A DNA stretch of 64,000 bases from assembly GCA_004557245.1 (NCBI GenBank), contig SFEL01000006.1, forward strand, positions 12,942 through 76,941, given 5' to 3'. Below are positions 57,493 to 64,000 of the stretch, one piece after another. The translations under genes and the position numbers were made by a program. Source of the stretch: Clostridiales bacterium (GTDB lineage Bacteria; Bacillota; Clostridia; Christensenellales; CAG-138). Each line of letters opens with the position of its first letter. Position 1 is the stretch's first letter. The notes beneath the pieces were generated by a model, which was not told the origin of the DNA, did not search any database, and saw only the letters and a list, made by a program, of their open reading frames with translations.

Positions 57493-58554
57493 TTAATCTT
57501 CTTGCCGCAGCTCTATGCTCTGCAGGCCGCAGAGCATTACCAGCTTCCGCAAAAGCGGATGGTACATAAATGGGCACTTAAGTACCTTTAGAGCCAATTT
57601 CAGCCGGATTTTCATTGTCATACGGCGGTAGGCTAACACGGGGTCCTCCTTTGACAGGGCACGTGACAGCATATCCGCGCTTTCCATGGCATAGCTTATG
57701 CCCTCGAGGGAGCTGGGGCTTATGAAGCCCGCTGCCTCCCCTATGAGGAACGCGCCTCCCTTACCCGGGCAAAAGTCAAAGAAGGAGCGGGGACGGAGCA
57801 CCACGCAGGCCTCTGTCTTTACAGGCTCCGAAAACTTTATGCCAAGGGCACGGAGCTTTTCCTTCTGCCGCTCAAACCGTTCCCGGCAGTTATCCTGAGG
57901 GAATGCCCCTCCGAATATGAAATAATCGTCCTTTGAAATCGACCATGAGCAGCAGTCGGTTGTCTCGGGATCGAATATGCAGGAGTAAAAGGGCCGGCTG
58001 TTTTCTTCGGGGAACCACTGTTGAATGGCGGTGTAGCGGCGGAGCTGCTTAGCCTTGAACAGCGAGCTGCGGACTATTGAGTTTGCGCCGTCTGCGCCCA
58101 CGACGTATTTGCAGGTAAAGCTATGCTTATGGTCTCCGTCGTGCCAGCTTACCTCAAAGCCGCCGTCAATTCGCTTTACCCCATCACAAACGCCGGTGAC
58201 ACGCTGCACAGAGGGCCTTATCATGCTAAGGAGCCACATGTCCAGCTTATGCCTGTCGAGGTTTATGTAGCAGCGCTGGTAGTGCCTGACGAGGCCGGAG
58301 GCCAGGTCGATGGTCTTTACCGAGAATATCTGCGGATCCACGAGTATGCTCTTAGGCAGCGTTATTTCGTATTTGGAGAGAGCCTTCTGGGCATCCGGCG
58401 CCAGCAGGCCGCCGCAGGGCTTTTCAAAGCCGCCTTTAGCCCTCTTTTTGTCTATAAGTATTGCACTGAGCCCTTTAGGCAGCAGCCGTCCAAGGGTAGC
58501 TCCCGCAGGCCCGCCGCCTATTATGGCTATTTGGTAATCAAAGTCACTTTGCAA
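57493..58554 (-). CDS. FAD-dependent oxidoreductase (geranylgeranyl-reductase-like family)
   Basis: It has the dinucleotide fold IAIIGGGPAGATLG, then GADGANS and GEAAGFISPSSLEGI. Confidence 0.8.
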   Translation of the reverse strand: MQSDFDYQIAIIGGGPAGATLGRLLPKGLSAILIDKKRAKGGFEKPCGGLLAPDAQKALSKYEITLPKSILVDPQIFSVKTIDLASGLVRHYQRCYINLDRHKLDMWLLSMIRPSVQRVTGVCDGVKRIDGGFEVSWHDGDHKHSFTCKYVVGADGANSIVRSSLFKAKQLRRYTAIQQWFPEENSRPFYSCIFDPETTDCCSWSISKDDYFIFGGAFPQDNCRERFERQKEKLRALGIKFSEPVKTEACVVLRPRSFFDFCPGKGGAFLIGEAAGFISPSSLEGISYAMESADMLSRALSKEDPVLAYRRMTMKIRLKLALKVLKCPFMYHPLLRKLVMLCGLQSIELRQED

Positions 58555-58620
58555 ATCAAAAATGCTCCAAGCTTTTATTTTCTCGGAGCATTATATAATA
58601 AATCCCGCTTTTATACAACC

Positions 58621-59448
58621 TTACGCATGGCCGCGCCAACGTATCAGCCGCTTTTCGAAGAAGGCAACCGCGTAATACATGGCGGCGGCGAGCACGCAGA
58701 GTATCACTATACTGGCCATAACAAGGTCCAGCTTGAACACCTGGCTGCCGTATACGATCAAATATCCGAGCCCGGCCCGCGAGACCAGATATTCGCCGAC
58801 TATGACTCCAACCCAGCTCATGCCCACGCTTATCTTGAGGGCGCTCATAATTGTGGGCACGGAGGCGGGAAGCACTACCATTGTGAGTATTTGCAGTTTA
58901 GTCGCGCCCAGCGTCCTCATGAGAAGCTGCTTTTCGCCGGTTATCTCGTTGAAGCCTGCCAGCACCGTCATTACCGTCACTACGAGGGATATAAGCAGGC
59001 CCATTATGATTATGCTCTTTACCCCTGCGCCGAACCACACTATGAGTATGGGCCCCAAGGCTATCTTTGGCAGTGCGTTGAGCACCACGAGGTATGGATC
59101 AAGTATTCTGGCGAGACTTTTGCTCCACCAGAGGAGTATGGCGATAAGCGTGCCCAGTATTGTGCCCAGGATGAAGCCTACTACAGTCTCATAAAGAGTT
59201 ATGCCTATATGATGGAACAGCTCGTTGCCGTTGTACAGCCGGGCTACAGTACTCATTACCTGTGACGGCGAGCTCATGATAAACGGGTCTATCCAGCCCA
59301 TTCTTGCCGACAGCTCCCATAGTATGAGCGCCGCTATGAGTATGAAGTATCTGAAGAACGTTACACGCCTGTCGGCCTTTTTCACGGACGACAGGAACCG
59401 GGCATGTTCGGGGGAAACTGCCGTGGTATCCCGCTTATTGCTCATCAT
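58621..59448 (-). CDS. ABC transporter permease (NitT/TauT-type)
   Basis: It is a 6-TM BPD-transporter fold with an EAA-like loop (LMRTLGATKLQIL). Confidence 0.9.
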   Translation of the reverse strand: MMSNKRDTTAVSPEHARFLSSVKKADRRVTFFRYFILIAALILWELSARMGWIDPFIMSSPSQVMSTVARLYNGNELFHHIGITLYETVVGFILGTILGTLIAILLWWSKSLARILDPYLVVLNALPKIALGPILIVWFGAGVKSIIIMGLLISLVVTVMTVLAGFNEITGEKQLLMRTLGATKLQILTMVVLPASVPTIMSALKISVGMSWVGVIVGEYLVSRAGLGYLIVYGSQVFKLDLVMASIVILCVLAAAMYYAVAFFEKRLIRWRGHA

Positions 59449-60187
59449 GGTCGATCTCCTTCCATATCATATCGAAGTAATCCTTAAATTCAGGGCTGTT
59501 GCGCCGGGAAAGAGGCGTATTGCCAACCGTGAGTTCTATCCTATGCACTGCCCGCAGCTTGGCAGGGCGGGAGGAAAACACCAGTATCCTGTCGCTCATG
59601 GATATGGCCTCCGATATGTCGTGGGTGACAAGTATAGCTGTTTTGCCTTCCTTTCGGATTATGCCGTAAATCTCGTCTGAGACGGTAAGGCGCGTTTGAT
59701 AATCCAGCGCGGAGAACGGCTCATCGAGCAGCAGCAGCTCCGGAGAGCAGGCCAGGGTGCGTATCAGCGCCACCTTCTGCCGCATGCCGCCGGAAAGCTG
59801 CCGGGGATAGCTCTTTGCAAAGTCTGAAAGGCCATAGGTCTTCAGCAGGCTGTTGGTAAATGCCCGCGTTTCTTCATTCAACATACCCTTGACCTGAAGG
59901 CCGAGCAGCACGTTGCCTTCCACCGTGCGCCAGTCTAGCAGGTGATCTCTTTGCAGCATATATCCCGGCCTTGACTTGCCATAAAGGTTTATTCTGCCTC
60001 GGCTGGGCTGCATAAGCCCGTCTATCATTGAAAGTATGCTGGTTTTTCCGCATCCGGACGGGCCGACTATAGACAGAAATTCGCCCTTTTCAACGGCGAA
60101 TGATATATCCTCAACGGCCAACGTCTCACCGTCCAGTTCGTGGTATGCAAGACCCACGTGGTCCGCTTCAAGCAATATTTCAGCCAT
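59435..60187 (-). CDS. ABC transporter ATP-binding protein (NitT/TauT-type)
   Basis: It has Walker A GPSGCGKTS, signature LSGGMRQ and Walker B LLLDEPF. The start at 60187 follows GGAGG, and the extended ORF-track N-terminus is unlikely. Confidence 0.9.
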   Translation of the reverse strand: MAEILLEADHVGLAYHELDGETLAVEDISFAVEKGEFLSIVGPSGCGKTSILSMIDGLMQPSRGRINLYGKSRPGYMLQRDHLLDWRTVEGNVLLGLQVKGMLNEETRAFTNSLLKTYGLSDFAKSYPRQLSGGMRQKVALIRTLACSPELLLLDEPFSALDYQTRLTVSDEIYGIIRKEGKTAILVTHDISEAISMSDRILVFSSRPAKLRAVHRIELTVGNTPLSRRNSPEFKDYFDMIWKEIDHDEQ

Positions 60188-60298
60188 ACAAAGCCTCCGT
60201 TTACTGTTTATACACCAATGTATTCCTTGTAAGTGCCACCTGTGCGCGGTGTAACAAAAATATACTCTGTACGTAATATGTAATAGGGAGGAGATAAC

Positions 60299-60490
60299 AT
60301 GCAAAGAAGGCCGTCCGTTGTACATATAAGAAGAGGGTGCTGTAAGCGGCGGACTCTGAGATGCGGCTTGGTATTTTTGCTTACGCTGATACTGCTGCTG
60401 TGCCTTGGGGTGGGTTTTTTGAGGTGCCTTTTCTGGGCGGGGATAATTACAGCCCTGTTCAGGCTGTTCATTATAGGCGTATTCTTATAA
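60299..60490 (+). CDS. Small Arg/Cys-rich hydrophobic protein (63 aa), hypothetical
   Basis: A strong RBS (GGGAGGAG) lies 7 nt before the ATG. It has a basic N-terminus, then two hydrophobic helices, and is followed by a terminator hairpin. I recognise no homology. Confidence 0.4.
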   Translation: MQRRPSVVHIRRGCCKRRTLRCGLVFLLTLILLLCLGVGFLRCLFWAGIITALFRLFIIGVFL

Positions 60491-60500
60491 AAATATACAG

Positions 60501-60540
60501 TATAAAAAACAGACCGACGAGAATCGGTCTGTTATATTTG
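60501..60540 (-). terminator. Terminator of rpmB (may also serve the small plus-strand ORF)
   Basis: AACAGACCG-ACGAGAAT-CGGTCTGTT has a T-run on the minus strand. Confidence 0.7.
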
Positions 60541-60553
60541 CATTGGCTGAAAA

Positions 60554-60745
60554 TCAGACGCTGCGCTGAACTTTGCCGGAACGAAGGCAGCGAGTGCAAA
60601 CGTTCATCTTGGTGACGGTACCATCAACTACTACGCTGACGCGCTGAATGTTGGGGGCCCAAGCATGGGGGGTCTTTCTGTTGGAATGGCTTACGCGATT
60701 ACCGGACATAACACCCTTGTTGCAAACTTCACAGAACTTACTCAT
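60554..60745 (-). CDS. rpmB: 50S ribosomal protein L28
   Basis: It reads MSKFCEVCNKGVMSGNRVSHSNRKT. Confidence 0.95.
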   Translation of the reverse strand: MSKFCEVCNKGVMSGNRVSHSNRKTPHAWAPNIQRVSVVVDGTVTKMNVCTRCLRSGKVQRSV

Positions 60746-60799
60746 GTATTTACACCTCCTTACCGACAGTAAGCATATATGCTAAAATCAAACATTGCT

Positions 60800-60828
60800 A
60801 TTCTAACACAAGGAAAGGTGTTTGGCAA
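60800..60828 (-). promoter_or_regulatory. Sigma-A promoter of rpmB
   Basis: The minus strand reads TTGCCA, a 17-nt spacer, then TGTTAGAAT (extended -10). Confidence 0.5.
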
Positions 60829-60929
60829 GGGTATTTTACACGGGCGAAACAAATATTTTGCTGAAAAAAGCCTTAAAAGTATTCCAAAGCGGTTCTAAAG
60901 GGAGTATGCTTTAGTTGATTAAGAAATTT

Positions 60930-61107
60930 TACCATCAGTTGACAAGAGCACACAAGCCCTAAAGGCTTGTCTTGGGACGCTCCTGCGTTCTCGTCGCTTG
61001 TATTACATCCAGTAGTACTGCGCTCCTCGGCCTTGGATCGCCCTCAAAACAAGCTCTTTAGGGTCTTTGGCTTCTAAAACCTTGTGTGTCCTTGTCAACT
61101 GATGGTA
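60930..61107 (+). repeat. MITE-like element, copy 3 (longest)
   Basis: It has the same 27-bp termini as copies 1 and 2 and carries an extra internal inverted copy of the subterminal hairpin. It ends 3 nt before the RBS of the downstream lipoprotein gene. Confidence 0.75.
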
Positions 61108-61117
61108 CCTGGAGGAT

Positions 61118-61711
61118 ATGATGAAGAGAAGCATAAGGCTTATCATTATCATGGCGGTTTCTACGCTTTTTCTCTGTGCGGGCTGTGCAGGGCAGGAGGA
61201 TTCGGCAATAGACGTTACGGTTACTGCGCCCTCTGGTACAGCAGCGCCCGAAGAAAAGGTACAACCCGAAACTGCTGAGGAAGCGCCGGAGGCTGGGGAA
61301 TCACATCAAAGCCCTGCCCAGGCGGACGACGTAAGAGGATTGTGGGAAAAGATATACGGCTACTGGAACGGAGGAGATCAGCGCTACGCTGCATTTACCG
61401 TGAACAAAAAAGGTCTGCTGCAATTTGAATACGGCAAATGGGATACCGTGGGTCGTGGAGCCGGATACGTGGAAAAAGCCCTTACGCCAATCGTCTATGG
61501 CACGGAGGACGAGATACGCCTGCAGGTATACTGGCCCGCGTACGAGAGCGAGGTGACAGGCAGGCTGGAAGAAATGACGGCTGCCGTGACGCTGAGGGTA
61601 AAGGATATCGACAATGAGGAGATAGACGTAAAAGTTGGAGATGAAGACTGGCTGCTGGGCGTATATGGCGGAAGGACTTTAGAGGAAGCATACATAGCAA
61701 ACCAAAACTAA
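61118..61711 (+). CDS. Putative lipoprotein of unknown function
   Basis: It has a signal peptide and lipobox (LFLCAGCAG), and an acidic Pro/Glu-rich linker. A GGAGGA RBS lies upstream. Confidence 0.65.
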   Translation: MMKRSIRLIIIMAVSTLFLCAGCAGQEDSAIDVTVTAPSGTAAPEEKVQPETAEEAPEAGESHQSPAQADDVRGLWEKIYGYWNGGDQRYAAFTVNKKGLLQFEYGKWDTVGRGAGYVEKALTPIVYGTEDEIRLQVYWPAYESEVTGRLEEMTAAVTLRVKDIDNEEIDVKVGDEDWLLGVYGGRTLEEAYIANQN

Positions 61712-61936
61712 AAGGCGGCTTCCGCCGCTTCAGTCTGTCGAAAAACCCCGGGGTTGATAAGGGGCTGCAGCCCCTTATGTTCAATCCGGCTCTGACGACA
61801 CAAGGTGAATTGCCACGCAGGGGCAAGAGAAGGCCCCCTGGGGGGTGTGCGTCAAAACGGATGAAAACCCAGAGGTTTTCGTACTTTGCATTCGGTGCTG
61901 ACCGCGCTATAGGCGCAAGCACCGGATGAAAAAAAC

Positions 61937-61974
61937 TCGAAAAAGTGGCGTTCAGCCACTTTTTCGACAGTCTC
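61937..61974. repeat. Palindromic terminator repeat, copy D
   Basis: The sequence is TCGAAAAAGTGGC-GTTCA-GCCACTTTTTCGA plus a CAGTCTC tail. Confidence 0.7.
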
Positions 61975-61975
61975 T

Positions 61976-63124
61976 TTAATACAGCAGCGCTTCGCTGCCG
62001 CTCTTGTCTACTATGTACCAGCTTCCATCCTTCATGGATACCGCAAAACCGTCTTTGAAATCACCGGCCTCGGAGTACCGGTAGTCGATTTTCAGCTCGC
62101 CGTAGGGGTCTATATAACCCCATAGCCCTTGGCTGCTCTGCACTGCCGCGTAACCCCCGGAAAACGAGTGGGCGTCAGCGTATTGAGGAGCTATGAGCGT
62201 GGCGCCGCCGGTATTTATGAAGCCCCACTGCCCGTCGATGCGCACAGCCGCATATCCTCCCGAAAAGGGCCTTGCAGCGGAGTATGTCTTTTTGAAAGCG
62301 CTCTTGCCGTATTTGTTCATATAATAGCAGCCGCTGCTGTCGGTTATCAGGGCAAAGTCTTCTTTATAGCCTTCGCCTGAAGAGCCGGCGTTGAGGGTTA
62401 TGAGCGCCTTACCTACCTTGTCGATTATATAGCTCTTGGAGGACAGAGAGACGAAGGCGAGGTCATTTGAGAATACATTGGCGGAGGACCATTTTTCGGA
62501 TATGGCAATGTTGCCCATAACGTCAATGTAGCCGAAGCTGGAAGCTGTGCGCACTGCAGCCCTTCCGCAGCCGAAGGGGCCTGCCTCCCTGTAGCTATAG
62601 TCTATCTTTATATTGCCGGAAGCGTCAATATACCCCCACTTGCCGTCCTTTTCAACCGCTGCCATACCCTCCGCGAAGTCGGATACCGATGACCATGCCG
62701 GCTCGGCTATCCACGCGCCGGATCTGTCAATCAAGCCGTACAGGCCGTCCTTTGCGGCAAAGGCTACGTTGCCGTCAAATTCGTTTGCGGCGGAAAAGGC
62801 GGGGAGTATGACTATCTCGCCCGATGTGTTCTTGTATCCCCACAGGCTGTTTTCGAGGAAGGGAATAAGCCTGCCCGCAGTGGCGGTGGAGACTGCACGG
62901 GGAGTAGGGGTAGGTTTGGCGGCTTCTATTGCCGCTGCTTCCTCTTCAGCCTTGCGCAGCTCCTCTTCTTTTAATACGTTAGCGCCGCCCGCACTGTATG
63001 TGAGGCCAAATACTACCGCGCCCAACAGCAGCAGGCAGAGCGTATATCCATAAAGGGAAAGCAGCGAGTGCTTTCCCTTTTTTCCGGTATTTCCATGATT
63101 GTTGTTCGGCTGTCTTGATTCCAT
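61976..63124 (-). CDS. WG-repeat (KWG-type) protein with N-terminal membrane anchor
   Basis: It has repeated WGYID / GLIDRSG / WGFINTGG modules after a TM helix. Confidence 0.8.
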   Translation of the reverse strand: MESRQPNNNHGNTGKKGKHSLLSLYGYTLCLLLLGAVVFGLTYSAGGANVLKEEELRKAEEEAAAIEAAKPTPTPRAVSTATAGRLIPFLENSLWGYKNTSGEIVILPAFSAANEFDGNVAFAAKDGLYGLIDRSGAWIAEPAWSSVSDFAEGMAAVEKDGKWGYIDASGNIKIDYSYREAGPFGCGRAAVRTASSFGYIDVMGNIAISEKWSSANVFSNDLAFVSLSSKSYIIDKVGKALITLNAGSSGEGYKEDFALITDSSGCYYMNKYGKSAFKKTYSAARPFSGGYAAVRIDGQWGFINTGGATLIAPQYADAHSFSGGYAAVQSSQGLWGYIDPYGELKIDYRYSEAGDFKDGFAVSMKDGSWYIVDKSGSEALLY

Positions 63125-63137
63125 AATATACCTGGTG

Positions 63138-64000
63138 CTAGGCCTGTACGTTCTGGTTTTCCATCACGATATTGATGAACCTCTCCGCGGCTGCGGAAAG
63201 AGGTACGCCCTCCAGCGAGATAAGTCCTATGCCTCTTGAAGGCATGGGCTCTGCAAGGTCTATCTTGAACAGCTCTCCGCTGTTTATGGCTTCGCTGGCG
63301 AATTCATAAGTGACGCACGCCACGCCCAGGCCTATTTTGGCGAAGTTTACCAGCAGGCTGTGAGCGCCCAACTCTATCTCGGGGTGAAGCGTCACGTTGC
63401 AGACGGAGGCAAAGTCGTCCAGATATTTTCTGGAGTTGGAAGCCTGCTCAAGGAGTACCAGAGGCTCACGGGCCAGCTCGGCCATGGTGACCTTACGGCC
63501 CTTGAGGTGGGCGAACCTGTCAGAAGCTACGAATACGTCGTGTACCTTGAGAACATCGCGGACGCAGAGGGCGCTGTCTACTACCGGCAGGTTGACGAGG
63601 GCTATATCTACCTTGCCGACCTTGAGCAGTTCGACGGTGTCAGGGGTAGTACGGTTTGTGACCTGAAGCTGTACCTCGGGATATTCTGTATGGAACTTTT
63701 CAAGGTAGGGCAGCAGGAAAAACTGGCACAGAGTGTCGCTGGCGCCTATCATAAGGCCGCCTGACTGCAATGTGCGCATGCGGTTCAGCTTGTCCTCGGC
63801 TGCTGATATGAGACTTATTGCCTTATCGGCATAGCTGTAAAGCATACGTCCCTCACTTGTCAGGGTTATGCCACGGCTGGTGCGGGTAAAGAGGGTGCAG
63901 CCCAGCATGTACTCTAACCTGTGCATGGACTGGCTGATGGCAGGTTGGCTCACGTAGAGCTCCCTTGCAGCATGTGAGAGGCTGCCGCAGCGGGCGACTG
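63138..64000 (-). CDS. LysR-family transcriptional regulator (5' end beyond the window)
   Basis: The frame stays open to base 64000. The HTH reads ..ARELYVSQPAISQSMHRLE, followed by a LysR substrate-binding domain. Confidence 0.85.
   Translation of the reverse strand, partial: VARCGSLSHAARELYVSQPAISQSMHRLEYMLGCTLFTRTSRGITLTSEGRMLYSYADKAISLISAAEDKLNRMRTLQSGGLMIGASDTLCQFFLLPYLEKFHTEYPEVQLQVTNRTTPDTVELLKVGKVDIALVNLPVVDSALCVRDVLKVHDVFVASDRFAHLKGRKVTMAELAREPLVLLEQASNSRKYLDDFASVCNVTLHPEIELGAHSLLVNFAKIGLGVACVTYEFASEAINSGELFKIDLAEPMPSRGIGLISLEGVPLSAAAERFINIVMENQNVQA

Noticed and set aside
60330-60420. TPP-riboswitch-like fragments (GGGTGC ... CTGAGA) near the NitT/TauT-type ABC operon.
   Set aside because: They are on the wrong strand for the ABC genes. 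They lack the ACCC and CCTGATCTGG/ATGCCAGCG elements of the THI box. The stretch is better explained as the coding sequence of the small ORF at 60299-60490.
61482-61922. A 146-aa minus-strand ORF covering the structured gap after the lipoprotein gene.
   Set aside because: Its composition is Pro/Arg/Ser-rich and it is antisense to the lipoprotein gene over part of its length. It has no RBS, and the region is dominated by palindromes, so non-coding structure is the better explanation.

Overview
This is a chromosomal window from an endospore-forming, Clostridia-type Firmicute. The evidence is spoIIAA-spoIIAB-sigF, sigG, spoVAC/AD/AEb, and L27 with a Prp-processed extension. GC looks above 50% by eye but was not computed. 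I call about 60 protein genes, mostly housekeeping: hppA, ribF, deoC, ahcY, recD2, comFC, tcdA, coaX, uvrB/uvrA, rex, rplU-prp-rpmA and rpmB. I found no rRNA, tRNA or CRISPR array.

The strongest candidate for something new is at 7.2-15.6 kb. A GrdB-type selenoprotein has an in-frame UGA at 10496-10498 with a SECIS-like hairpin, so the ORF track truncated it. It is paired with a GrdE-type subunit. Their neighbours are a DhnA-type class I aldolase, a Zn-dependent alcohol dehydrogenase (ADH), an aldehyde dehydrogenase (ALDH), a PuuR-like XRE-cupin regulator and an APC permease. No grdA, grdC/D or thioredoxin genes are in the window, and a dead IS3 element lies at the left edge of the block.

Other unexplained structure:
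- A three-copy, MITE-like element with 27-bp terminal inverted repeats. All copies sit in divergent promoter regions, and one sits inside the ahcY 5' UTR.
- A four-copy palindromic terminator repeat, one copy apparently split by a 191-bp structured insert.
- A tandem P-II-like protein coupled to a double-DUF1538 membrane protein.
- An orphan DNA methyltransferase next to a small ABC-type ATPase.
- A divergent mtaD/ahcY pair that could form an S-inosylhomocysteine route.

All functional calls come from reading the translated ORFs and the DNA by eye. No database search was run.
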